This document shows, one piece after another, positions 50,201-62,745 of a stretch of 64,000 nucleotides of DNA. Source of the DNA: Squalus acanthias (taxonomy: Eukaryota); the NCBI GenBank assembly GCA_030390025.1, contig CM059429.1, positions 40,300,001 through 40,364,000 of the forward strand. Direction: 5' to 3'. Numbering within the stretch: the stretch's first letter is position 1; each line of letters starts with the position of its first letter. The notes under the pieces are model-generated. The model worked only from the letters and a program-made list of their open reading frames with translations, ran no database searches and had not been told where the DNA came from. The position numbers were made by a program, and so were the translations under genes.

Positions 50201-53005
50201 GTCACCGCGGTTTCTACCATGATTCTGGGAATGAATCAGACAGGTGAGCCACAACCTGGAAACGACTCATCATTTGGAACCACATGAGTCACCTGAAAGC
50301 TGGATTCTTCCACCGAACAAGGCAATCCGCCTACATAGTCTCTAGCCGGATTTCAAACCATTTTTAAGGCATAAATCTAATTCGTCGAATGTAACAACTG
50401 ATAATTTGACACTTTGCTATTAAAATATATAGTAGCATACACGCTTTAAAGATATGGCTAAGTACTTAAATACCGTGTGCATGTCAATTTTACCGGTTAT
50501 ACCGAGGCTTGTGAGTGTATAATATGGGTGTGTAATAGTTTCCCCATTCCAGTTCCCTGTTAATTTATTTCAGCAGTGTTGCAGTCTTTATAAAGGAAAG
50601 ATAACGCTGAACATTCGCTGACAGTGTTAATACTACAGACTGAGAGGGTAACTCTAGTGACGTTTCTTCCTCCTTTGATTTACTTTTTCTCCACTCTCTC
50701 TCTCTCTCCCCCCCCCCCCCTCCCCTCTCTGCTGGCGCATCTGTCGCTCCAGAACAAGTCGCTACCCGACAACGCACCCACACCCCGGCATTCATCCAAC
50801 AGTTTACAGGCGGTAACAACTCATGCATAACGTGTCATTTACATAGCAGGAAAATAAAGCATAACAAAACTAATTGTAACAAAGGACAATATATAAACAC
50901 CAAAATAGGCAACTTCAGCATTCTTCCATACATATGAATGGCATGTTTGTTTGTGTGTAAGTGTATGTACGAATAACATATGTGAGGCGTGTTAGCTGTA
51001 TTCACATTCTGATATTCAGTAAAGACAAATCTATTCTTTCTGTATAAAACAGGCCTGTGTACTTTAAAGCATATCCAGCAAGTAAACGCGCCATTTGTTA
51101 TCAAGCCGTCATCTTGCCCAGCTGAAAGTCAATGTCAGGTAGAGATGAACTGAAAGTTATTGAATTGAGCGGTCTGAGATGTTGCAGAGACGGGTAAATT
51201 AAATCAGGTCATTTTCTTCGGGTAGGGGAAACGTTTCCCACGGAAGCTGAGGAAAACGAGCTTTCAGCAGCAACCTTTAAACCCTTAGAATTGTCTAATC
51301 TCTCTAATGGAAAAATGAAATGAAAGGGTTAAATGTACAATCCACTTTAAGTTAAGCGAGCTGTGGCGACGCTGGCTCTGGGAAATGTCTTACTGCCAAT
51401 CTGATTTTCACTTCAACCACTTCTGTGTCCTACAGCAATTAAGGTCTGGAGGTCTGGGGGAAATAAAGTTCATCTTCATAGCCACGATCGTTGCTCAACT
51501 TTCGATCAGAATAATTCGGTAGCCATGACTTCTCTGATCGGATGATGTGCAATAAGATTACAGGGACCAACTATCGATTAAATGGCTCCAGGGAAATTTA
51601 AAATATGCGGTTTTCAGCTAAAGGTTTGACATCAAAGTAACTCTGTTCTCGGTTAATTTCTTGATACGCGGTTCAGACACTTGCACTTTATAAGGTTTCT
51701 ACCAAGGAATTTTAAACTAAAGATACTAAACATTGCAACGAATAAAGGTAGAAGGCAACCAAAGTTGAAAGGTCATGTTTGTTCGGCGTCTGAATTAAAT
51801 AAAAATAACCCAGTTTTAGGTTTGTGTTCTCTTTCTTGCCCCAGTCAATAGTTTAATGATACAGTTGAAGGTCAATATTTCTCCTAAGTTGAGCGGTGAT
51901 TAAGGAGAAATAATAAACCAAGCACAGAGATCTAACAACACGGCTTCTTTCAGTTTCCAGTTACTTCTGATCACTGTACTGAACACCTGGATTCTCTGTG
52001 AACAGGTTGCTGAGACGAAGTGAAATTGCTTCTAAAATACTGAATAGTAATTCTTTGTTATGGGCATCGACATATGTGTTGTATTTAGAAGAAAACAAAT
52101 CGTTGTGAAAAATGTGGTACAACAAACAGTGCGAACCTTTTAGCAAAGCACATCTTTAGGTGTATTTCTAATGACACTAGGGGGGGGAGACTTATGTGTA
52201 CTGGACTATTGTTCCAACAGTTTATTCACAGCTAGTTAGCTATGTGCGAAGAACGCAAAATCCTCTCACTTGTGTGTGTACAGCAATCTGCATGCTAATC
52301 CTAGTTGGTAATAGGTGATAGGTGAGTCATCGTTAGTAACTCGTACACAGGCGATAGGGTAGGGACTACAGTATAAAGGAATCTGGAACACAGGGGCAGG
52401 TTACATCCGGAGCATATTGTCAACGTGTTGCCAAACGTGTTATGTATTTCGTGTCTGTGTCCTGAAGTCCAGTTCATGAGAAGGGGGTGGAAGGAAACAC
52501 CAGTTCAATGCTAAGCCTCTTGCGCCACCTACGGGTTGATGGATAACCATATTACAGCATCGAAGCACACTATCAGAAAAGCGTTGTTTGTTATGTAAAA
52601 AAAAATCCCCAAATTATGTTATTGCAAGAGACCGAAAACAACAGGAGTATTCTACATTAATGAGATTGAACACGGGTGCAGTAATGCAGTTCTGTCGCTT
52701 TAGCGGCGTTCCAACGTGGTCCTGTTTCGCAGCCATGCAAAAATGACAATTCAATTCAAGTCAGCTGACTGTGGGCTGGTGCGGTAGGAGGCCGCCTGGA
52801 GGTAGCCATCACGCACCCTTTGGGCTTGACACTGCGTGGTGTATAATTTCAGTGTGGTCTCAAACTGAGTTTATAAAGTACACCCCCCCCCCACCCCCCC
52901 GGAAAGAAATCACACCCAGGGGTGTTTCCAATGTTTTGAGAGTGCCAATGATCCTATCCATGCTTTCAAAACATTTAACATTTAACAGCCAGGAGCAAAA
53001 CTTTG

Positions 53006-53408
53006 CCTAGAGCAGAGAAGGTTGAGAGGAGATTTGATAGAGGTGTTCAAAATCATGAGGGGTCTGGACAGAATAGATAGCGAGAAACTGTTCCCATGGG
53101 CGGAAGGGTTGAGAACCAGAGGACACAGATTTAAGCTGATTGGCAAAAGAACCAAAGGCGACGCAAGAAAAAACTTTTTTACGCAGCGAGTGGTTAAGAT
53201 CTGGAATTCACTGCCTGAAAGGGTGATGGAAGCAGACTCAATCGTGGCTTTCAAAGGGGAATTGGATAAGTACCTGAAGGAAAACATTTTGCAGTGCTAC
53301 GGGGAAAGGGCGATGGTGTGGGACTAGCTGAAGTGCTCTTGCAGAGAGCCGGCACAGGCTCGATGGGCAGAATGGCCTCCTTCAGTGCTGTAACCATTCT
53401 ATGATTCT
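53006..53408 (+). mobile_element. Relatively young 5'-truncated CR1 LINE
   Basis: ORF 53022..53327 is an intact CR1 ORF2 C-terminus (RGDLIEVFKIMRGLDR..RTRGH..FFTQRVV..WNSLP), followed by a 3' UTR and the tail attctatgattcta. Confidence 0.95.
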
Positions 53409-53548
53409 ATATACTGTACATGCATTCTGGTCTGAGGATAGCTACAGTATGAACACAGCCTTAGAGTTTAAATGTGCATTCTTGCATAATCCTGTTTCCA
53501 CTGAGGATCCAATGATAAATGCCCTAAGCAGACCTTTAATAGTAAGCT

Positions 53549-53654
53549 CGATAGCAAAATACTGCGGATGCTGGAAATCCGAAATAACAACAGAAAATGC
53601 TGGAAAAACTCAGCAGGCCAGGCAGCATCCGTGGAGAGAGAAACAGAGTTAACG
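53549..53654 (-). mobile_element. 106-bp insertion of the shark short (Penelope-type terminal) repeat with a 14-bp target-site duplication
   Basis: TTTAATAGTAAGCT at 53535-53548 and 53655-53668 flanks gcaaaatactgcggatgctggaaatc...gagagaaacagagttaacg. Confidence 0.8.
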
Positions 53655-54217
53655 TTTAATAGTAAGCTAATGGGTTAAAAGCATCTATCCTATACAGGGA
53701 CCTCGTGCAGCAAATTGTAGAAAAGAGGATGTTAAATAGGATGCAGAATTTTAATAGGGAGGAAAATAGCTAATTGATGAATAAGGAAGACATAAGTATT
53801 CAAATCTTTCTCAGAGTGGTCTAAATTTGGAATCCCACCATTCCCAATAATACTTGGCTTATTTATTTAAAAAAATTAAATAGATTTTATGCCCACATTT
53901 TTAAAGAACAACTTAAGATTTCTTTACTTTCTTCAACTCACCTTTCATCTCACTGGAGATTGGATGGTCTTTGTCTTGAAAACTCTCTTAGCTAACTAGG
54001 AATGAATAATTATACCCTATTTTTGCATATTGCTACATTGATGATTTAGTTCTCTCCCTTATGTTGAGAAAACCCCATTTATATTGTAGGGCAGTTTCAT
54101 TAACAGCACGGAAGACAAACATACCAGACAAACCACTACCAGCACACCTGCCTATGAGCTTCCTGCTTCTACCCTAGGTAGATTTCCAATAGTTTTAATT
54201 GAACTTACCCTATATGT

Positions 54218-55186
54218 TAAAACAAAAGCAAAATACTGCGGATGCTGGAAATCTGAAATAAAAACAGAAAATTCTGGAAACACTCAGCAAGTCAGGCAGT
54301 ATCTGTGGAGAGAGAAACAGAATTAAAGGGGGAATTTTCCCAGCCCTGGGGAGGCGGGTATGGAGGGGGGACTGCCGGGAAAATAACAGAAACTGGGAGC
54401 GGGTACCGACCCCGCTCCCAACCCGCCTCCGTGCCATCTTCCCGGGAGGCAGGTCCCCAAGTCACGCAGGGACCCGTCTCCTCGAGGCGGGAAGGGGATG
54501 AGAGCCAATTAACTGCCTATTAACAGGTAGTTAACAGGCAGTTTTGAGGCTTATCCCCATTTTACCCCTGCAAGTGCGGGCTTCCCGACGGCTGCGAACC
54601 TCGCCAGGGTCAGCAAGGCGAGCAGTGGGTCTGCGGGGGTGAGAGGGGTTGAAAAGTCCGCTGTAGAGGTGAGTGATGGGTGCAAGTGTGGACAGGTAAG
54701 TATGAGAGGTGAGTGTAAAGTGTTGGAAAAAGTTTCCTTACCATTGCTTCTTCCTGCAGGCTTCAACCTTTGAGGATCCGGAGGTGCCTCATCTCAATGG
54801 CAGAGATGACAGAATGGCTGCAGCATTCTCAGATGCAGCAGCCATCTGCTTTCTGCTGAGGAGAGAGGTTTTGGTGAGCTTTTGTGCAAGGGCTCACCTT
54901 TAGAACAGAGATTGTCAGTGTTTGACAGCTTCTCAAAGCTGTCAAACGCTGACAATTCATCTGTCAAAAAATTTTCAACAGATGAAACGTCATACGCTGA
55001 CGTCCTCTGTCACCGGCTTTCCCTTAATTGGCCGGTAAGCCCGCAGGGCGGGCTTAACAAGGTCAATCAATGGAAAATAGCGTGGGTTGGTCAGACATCG
55101 TTGGGGGTGGGACTGAAACCTGAAAACCAGCAGTCCTGCCCCCAACGCGCCCCCATTGACAAAATCCAGCCCCAAGGTTTCAGGTT
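54218..55186 (-). mobile_element. Second copy of the same short repeat, split by a Harbinger element
   Basis: 54218-54326 matches the 53.55 kb copy and resumes after 55172 as (c)aaggtttcaggt. Confidence 0.7.
54327..55172 (+). mobile_element. PIF/Harbinger non-autonomous element with a Myb N-terminal remnant
   Basis: Imperfect TIRs agggggaatttt / aaaatccagccc; TAA/CAA flanks. ORF 54709..54903 contains RMAAAFSDAAAICFLLRREVL, compare Myb-like RAPRFSD...RREVL. Confidence 0.7.
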
Positions 55187-55507
55187 ACTCTATATGTTGT
55201 TATTGACATTGCTCAAAAAGGAAGCTTTAAAATAAAGCTGTGCCTGGTTCACCAATGCTGCCTAATGGATTCAGACCTGTGACATTTCACTCAGTCTGCA
55301 TGATGGTCATTCATTATGGTGTAAACTTGTGACCTATTTTGATGTATTGTAGGAATTAACCACAACTCCATATGAAAAAGTGAATTTCCAATCAGTCTTA
55401 TCTTTTTGATAAAAAATCTCATTCTAGATGCTTCCTTAATATTGGCAAGACCATAACACTTTTCATTTCCCCCCCTACTTTAAGCTTCTTTTTGGACATC
55501 AAGTACA

Positions 55508-55945
55508 AAGAAAGAAAGACTTGCGTTTATATAGCGCCTTTCATGACCTCAGGATGTCCCAAAGCGCTTTACAACCAATGAAGTACTTTTGAAGTGTAGT
55601 CACTGTTGTAATGTAGGAAACGCCACAGCCAATTGTGCTCAGCAAGCTCCCACAAACAGCAATGTGATAATGACCAGATAATCTGTTTTTGTTATGTTGA
55701 TTGAGGGATACATATTGGGCAGGACACCGAGGATAACTTCCCTGCTCTTCTTCGAATAGTGCCATGGGATCTTTTACGTTCATCTGAGAGAGCAGACGGT
55801 GCCTCGGTTTAATGTCTCATCGGAAAGACGGCACCTCCGACAGTGCAGCACTCCCTCAGCACTGCACTGGAGTGTCAGCCTAGATTTTTGTGCTCAAGTC
55901 TCTGGAGTGGGACTTGAACCCACAACCTTCTGACTCAGAGGCTGA
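55508..55945 (-). mobile_element. Near-complete DeuSINE (SacSINE1-like)
   Basis: Minus strand shows a tRNA-like head with B-box ggttcaagtccc, a Deu-domain-like gtaaaagatcccatggcactattcgaagaagagcaggg...gtgtcctg, and an L2-like tail ggcgctatataaacgcaagtctttctttc. Confidence 0.9.
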
Positions 55946-57162
55946 CACAAAGGGAAACATATAAGGCAAGTCCCATTGAAACCACTTGAATTACAGCTGG
56001 GGCAAAAACAGGAGATAGCTAGACAGTGACTGGCTACAAATTCAAATATGGAGCAATCAAACTTTTACATTGGTGAGAAATCTGTCTGTAGAAATTTTGG
56101 AATAAGTGAAACCTGCCAAAACAATGGTTTTGGTCATTCTGAACTCTCTAATAGGCCAGTTATTCCTAACAATTAACATTGATTCAATGTGAAAATCACA
56201 TTGAATTACTGCAGAATCTGCAGTGCAACTTCGGCTGCTTCAGCCTGGATTCAGTTTAACAGAAGCAGTCAAAACGGTAGTCTCACACGACAGTGGCTTT
56301 GCACCGGTTGCAATGTAACTGAAACTGAAGTAAAGCGAATATTAAAAAGTTTGCAGATAATCAACTTGGAACATTTGAAACCTCAGTTTTAAGATGAAAT
56401 GAATGTTGTAACTTTGCTCAAATTAAAAATCAGTATTTGGACACTGACGAACAATGTTCTGAACATGTATAAACATGCACACAGTGCTTTTACCTTGAGA
56501 CTGATGCAGTCAGCAGTATTGTTGCAAGCAGGCATTGGTCTTAAATTATACAGTACTCAATAACTGTAAACATTCATTGTCCAATTTTGATCCAAGTGAC
56601 TGTATATGTGTTTCATTATTCACTCCTGCTAAGGGCAATTTTAAAGTAGTAGACTGAAAGTTGGTGGTTGGTAGAGGGAGGGAACAAAGTGGTGTTACAG
56701 TCAAAAAAACAATCTTTCAGTATTTTAGATGAGGTTTCCTGTCTGCCATTAATAGGTATATTTTGATCTGTGCACTAATTTTAGTTTAAAAAAAAAGGTG
56801 AGCGTATAAAACAAAATTCCCTGATCTATAATCTCTTCTACATTTTCACTAAAATAAATAAATAGAGGAACACATGACCCTAAAGTCTTCAACATAACTG
56901 AGTTATAAGAATTGTAGGCAATGTTATCATTCGAACATTTAACAAGCTTGTATCAAATTGCTGTCTCCACTATTTTAAGGAACAAAGGAATTTCATATAA
57001 ACATATTGTTACGCTACCTCCCAACCTGACCGCCCCCCCCCCCCCACTTCCTGGTTGCCCCCTTTCCACTCTAACCACTGGCGTTGCAGCAGCCTGATTT
57101 TCCATTCTGCTTCACTGGCTAGCTGCCTGTTAGTATCCAAAGCCCGCTAGCTCAATGGTAAT

Positions 57163-57907
57163 GGCCCAAAAATTCGTGAGGAAGCCTTCGTGCAAGGGTA
57201 AGGCCTCCCCGCGATCTCTCACTCCGCGTTGGCTTTTTCAGTTCCAGCTCGCACGAACTTGATGTTCTGGACAGCTGCTGTGCTGGGCTTGCGTATCCCA
57301 CCGGCGTAGTTAATTCGTGCGAGCTGTGGGATCACGTGACTCAGTTAGAGCCAATGGCAGCACACCATCTTCCATTCATAACTTTCACATAAGTGCTGTG
57401 AAAGTTATGAATACTATAGCCCCCCAAAAGAACCGCTAAACCTCAATTAAATTAAAAAAAAAAACCCATCACATTAATAAAATAAGTATAGTTAAATAAA
57501 TTAACCATTTTAAATAAAAAATTAAATTTTTGAAAAAATTTAAAATCTTTTAAAAAGTTATAAAAATAAACTTACCTGTCTTTAAAGTCTCTAAAAAAGA
57601 TATACCTGTTAAAAAAAATTCAAAATAATACTTAATTCACTACTTACCTTGTTAAAAGTGGGTCTTACTCCTCCTTTTTTTATGTGTAGAATCTTCCGTA
57701 CTTACCTGCGCGTTGAAACCACTAAGTGCACTGCATGCGCGCAGCCTGTAGCGCGCACGCGGTTCACCTAGGACCCGCCCCCTTTTCCATTCACCAAGTG
57801 CCGGTTTTCAGCACATGCGCAGTGCATGCAGAAAACCGGCAATTGGAGACAGAATACGCGAGAGTACGCAGTGCGTACTCTCGCGTAGCAGCACTAATTT
57901 TTGGGCC
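57163..57907. mobile_element. Young PIF/Harbinger-type MITE, 745 bp
   Basis: 16-bp TIRs ggcccaaaaattcgtg / cactaatttttgggcc (1 mismatch); AAT on both sides; CpGs largely intact. Confidence 0.85.
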
Positions 57908-58524
57908 AATGTCTCAAGGCACAATATCGGGTGTGCCTCGGTCCCACTATTCAGGCACAGAGATCGTTCTATGCGCCCCTAGAGTGCTCGATTTCCTTTG
58001 CCCATATGTCAGGTGAAACACATGGACCCCAATAATCTATGAGGGTGTGATCCCAGTAGTTATGCTGGGACTATACCTGCTTTGCAAATGTGCTGTTCAC
58101 CCCCAACAAATTCAATGGATCAAAGGGAAGGGCCTCCAGGAGCAGGACTTTGGCAGTATGTAGCACATCTGTAGTGTCCCCCCCCCCCCCATTGAAGATC
58201 CAGAAACACAGACAGAAGCTGGCCATCCCAGGAATGTACTGGGCCCTTCCAGACTCCTGAATATCAATAGATCGTGACCCTGGGGGTAATCATCACTGAT
58301 TTGAGGAAAAAAGTGCCTGGAACAGATATAGATTATGGTGACAATTAAGCATAGCCCCATGTTATGTTATTGCACCCATGTCAAATGGGTATTACAATCA
58401 GACCAATATTTTCATTTAAAAATAAAATGGAAATGCAAAGTATAAAACATTTGGCAAGTACTAAAAAGTATAAATATAAATCATCAGTGCAACTAGAAAA
58501 GGGTTAATGGGTTAATTATTCCAT

Positions 58525-58958
58525 GTCACCTTGGTTCAGTTTGTAGGACTCTCACCTCTGAGTTAGAAGATTGTAGGTACAAGTCCCACTCCAGCATTTC
58601 AGCACATAATCTAGACTGATGTACTGATGGAGTACTTGGATTGTGGGGAGTACCATCCTTCAAATAAGACATTCAACCAAAGCCTTATTTGTGTGTTTAG
58701 CTGAATGTTAAATATCCCTTGGAACAATGCAAAAAAGAACAGAGTTCTCCCATATTCTTGGATAATATTCTTCCCTCAACCAAAACAGAACAACTTGTCA
58801 TTCATATCATTACTTTTTGCCAAATCTTGCTGTTTGCAAAATGGCTGCTGCATTTCCCTCCATAGGAATAGTCACGACGCTTAAATGTAATTGAAGGGCT
58901 TGGAGGCATTCCTGAGTTATGCAATAAGGTGCTTTATAAATGTAAGTTTTTTTTTCTT
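58525..58958 (+). mobile_element. Degenerate DeuSINE copy
   Basis: ctctcacctctgagttagaagattgtaggtacaagtcccactccag ... aatggctgctgcatttccc ... ggtgctttataaatgtaag. Confidence 0.75.
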
Positions 58959-60113
58959 TCATAAGAATAGATTTGTGTGTAAACAGCAAGTCTGTAAATG
59001 GAAATTTCTGCCTTTTATCTTCTCATCGCACATTTGGCATTCGTATATCAATTTGATTTATGTATAATAATGAAAACCTCATGTAATGGACTCTACAACT
59101 AATAACATACCAGAGCCCAAATCATCTTATTGTGACAATTACAGCTATGGAAAGAGTGTTAATCATCCTGTGAATCCTTCCACTACTTCGCACTATTCCC
59201 ATGGGAAGAATGCAAAGATATGAAACAACATTATGATAATAAGTTTAAAAACAAAATTAATAGACAAGGTCAATTGGCTTTGCTAAACTCTCTGCAGCGA
59301 TACAGCTAACAGTAAGTACCTACTTAGGAGAGAGGATGCAACACACATCATCAATATCTTTTGACCCCCCCACTGTATAAAATGTATTGTTTCTGCTGAG
59401 ACCAGAAACCATTTTCTGGGCTCAGAACCAGAAGGCACACAATTTGACTGAGTGGAAGAATACTGTTTATGTCACTGAACATCGCCGTGGCTGTATTTAT
59501 TCTCAATTTCTTTGAACATGCATATGTATTTTGTACTTATGTCGGAGGTTGCATGCATACTTGAAATGCATGTGCCTATTTCCACAATTAATTGGAGACA
59601 GCTGCCAAAGATGATAGTGAGAATTGGATGGCTTTCAGATGTAATATGGTAGGTAGTACTACAATAGGTGAAGGAATGCAACAGGTGGCCAGGAGGGATG
59701 TTGTCGTGAGCCGACTACCAGTTTACATTGCATTTCATTCATGTGTGTCTGATTGGGTGTCAGCATGAGACCTAAACCCTGAGATTAGTTTGATTTTCAT
59801 TTGCAGTGATTCAGAATTGCATGGTACCATCTTCCAGTTCACAGCATGAACACACAACGTATCCTACTGAATGGTGTTTCTACCAACTGGAGATGTAGAG
59901 TTTCAGTAGCAGCTGCTTGCCTCTCTGCAAACCAATTGAGGTATGCACCAAACCCTGGATATGTGAGAACATGTTCTTATACCTGATCTTCAGGTAACAC
60001 CTTGAATCCAAACCCTCAGAGTTTCCTAATCAGCTATGTGATGGGCATCTGCCTTTAGCAAGGTGGAAGGACTTATATGGGGGAAAAGACTATGAGAGTC
60101 AAGCCTGATTTTA

Positions 60114-60497
60114 AGAACATAAGAATATAAGAAATAGGAGCAGGAGTAGGCCATTCGGCCCTTTGAACCTGCTCCGCCATTCAATAAGATCATGGCTGAT
60201 CTTCTACCTCAACTGCACCTCCCCGCACTATCCCCATATTTCTTGGTTCCCTTAGTGCACAAAAATCTATTGATCTCTGTCTTGAATATACTCAACGACA
60301 TAGCTCTCTGGGGTAGAGAATTCCAAAGATTCACAATCCTTTGAGTGAAGAAATTTCTCCTCATCTTAGTCCTAAATGGCCAACCCCTTATTCTGAGACT
60401 GTGACCGCGAGTTCTAGGCTCCCCAGCCAGGGGGAAACATCCTCCCAGCATCTACCCTGTCAAGCCCTTTAAAAATTTTATACGTTTCAATGAGATT
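60114..60497 (-). mobile_element. CR1 LINE 3' fragment
   Basis: ORF 60209..60451 (RTRGHSLRIRG..RRNFFTQRIVNLWNSLP) and a (aagaacat)n tail. Confidence 0.92.
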
Positions 60498-60644
60498 TTG
60501 TTCAAGTCTCAGGACTTTGCAGGGATAACCGGGCTGGGATTACCTGAGTTTTGTCCTGATTTGATGCCTGGGTCATTAACGATATGCCCATCTGATATTT
60601 CTCTTATGATTTTGTTTTATTGTGATTGCTAAGGGGCTTCAGAG

Positions 60645-60842
60645 AACATTAAGAGTCAATCATATATTGTGGGATTGGAATCAATGTTGGCCAGACTGGG
60701 TAGGGGTAGGGGTGGCAGATTGCCTTCCTTCTTTTTACAACAATCTTTGATGGTCAATCTTTTCCTGATTCTAGCCCATAACTAACCAGACAAACGCACA
60801 ACCTCTGGGTTGTTAGTCCAGTACCACAACCACTACACTGCC
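60645..60842 (-). mobile_element. tRNA-derived SINE remnant
   Basis: Minus-strand head gtgtagtggttgtggtactggactaacaacccagagg (A-box-like); the body resembles a common shark SINE. Confidence 0.5.
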
Positions 60843-62745
60843 ATAACTGGGACATTCATACAATGAATTGTATCAAATTAGAGAACTACTGCATATTCAC
60901 AATTACTTCAAATTCTCTCCCTGCTTCCATCTCAATTCAACATTTGGGCTGCAGTTATGCTGCCATTTTCAATGTTATGAAAAAAAAACACCACCTGGGG
61001 AGTGGAGCTTTGCATGCATAGATTTGGGTTCACTACGCTGAGGTTGGTATCTGAAGTAATATTGTAACCTTTCATAGTAACATACTGTATGTAAGTACTG
61101 TACATGCTATATGAAAATAGGCTGGCCAAAGAAAGACCAAGTACTTCTTTCCTAAATTACCTCTCCCCAGCATTATTTTAAAAATTGAATGACACCTTCA
61201 AAATATTGAACAAATGACCCTTTCATGAAGGAAATAATTCTATTTGTGTATTCAGAGGCGATTACAGTTTTACGTATTGTTGAAAACATGGTAGTGAGAG
61301 GCACAGCCTGTCTCACAGGACATCCTTAGTCATCTCAAGTATCCAGTTGTACCAAAATATAATAACAGAAAAGGAGGGAAGTTCACATCTAAAAAAAAAT
61401 TAGACATTTTGGGTGCAACTTTTCAATCAGAACTCTGTCACTGGATGTTGTATGGGGCATGTGGGAGATCATAAGTTTCAGTAGATACAGAATCTACTTG
61501 TTAGTCAAAGCACAGCTACTACTCACTGAGCAGGGAGAAATGAGAGATATTTGCACTATTGATATATAATACTTCAAAAAACATTTTAAATGCTTCTTTT
61601 TATTAACTGTGAAAAGTAGATTGTTTTCAATGTGATTTCACAGCCCAGGAGACCTTGACCAGAGTCTGGAGACCGGAATTGTTTGAAAGCACTAAAACTG
61701 AAGACCAACAGATGGATTATTTTAATATTTCTGTAATATAAAGTAACAGCTCAAAGAAATAGGGAGAGAAGTGTTTCTTTCATACTAATATGATACAAAA
61801 GCAACAGCTTTGGATACCGATGAAAAAAGGGGCACACTTGCTGTCCGATACTATAGAACAAAAGACAATGGAATTTTAATCAAGTCTGTAAATCTAAAAT
61901 AATCTCAGTAGAACATGAAATATCCAACAATGCAACACAATCTCATGCAAGGTGAGAACAACTAGTTCTTCTCAAAATACCTACCAATGGATGGGGGTTG
62001 TGTGCTGCACTTTATTACAGTTTGAACTTGATGCTAAATTCAGTGTCCAAATCAGTAACAGTGTACCAGTGCCTCAGCACACAGCCTCCTTTATAGATCC
62101 GGTTGTAAACTTCAATTTATGGGAGAGAGAAAAGTAATTAAACTAAGGGGTAGTAATTTTTAAAATGCCAAGCATGAAACATCAATTCCATATTTTGTGA
62201 AGCGGCGTGGAGCGTGTTGCAGAAATTATATTAATACAAACAAATTGTGTTCTGAGAACAGCGATACTGATTTGATGGGAATTCATTTCGCTCCTTCTTT
62301 CTTGAAAATGAAAATGAAAAATCACCCAGAATAATGCTCAGTTTGATTAGTCAAGATTAAAAAATTGTGTCTGTTGTGCAGCAAAAAAAATCCATATGTA
62401 TTAGAAAGAAACAAAAAGGGAGTAGGAAAGTACAGGTAGAGAAAATAAAGGTTTTATCAATTCAAAGGCCTTCAGATGTTTTTATATTCTGTATTTTTTC
62501 TATCCTGATGAAACATTTGAACTTAAACTAAATTCTTCAGGCAAATACATTGCATCGACATTCTGACAGAAGTCAACCTACAAAAGCATTTAATGCCCTT
62601 ATCTCACTAAATGAACCTGGTCCATGCCCTGAGATACTGGTGGAAGAAACTGTGAGAAACATTTAATGTAAATCCCAATAACACAACTTTCCTCACCAAA
62701 GTGCCTCCAAATTTTAATATCGGTAAGATATTAACTAACGATAAT

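Larger units (their letters stand above)
43600..52900. promoter_or_regulatory. Broad CpG-retaining region with no recognisable transposons, spanning the EPHB3 promoter, exon 1 and the start of intron 1
   Basis: CG dinucleotides are visibly far more frequent here than in the flanks despite moderate GC. No SINE/LINE was recognised until the CR1 at ~53006. Boundaries are judged by eye. Confidence 0.7.

Noticed and set aside
55895-55945. tRNA-like A/B-box sequences (also at ~7650, ~26780 and ~58550)
   Set aside because: They are SINE heads continuous with SINE bodies, not complete tRNA cloverleaves.
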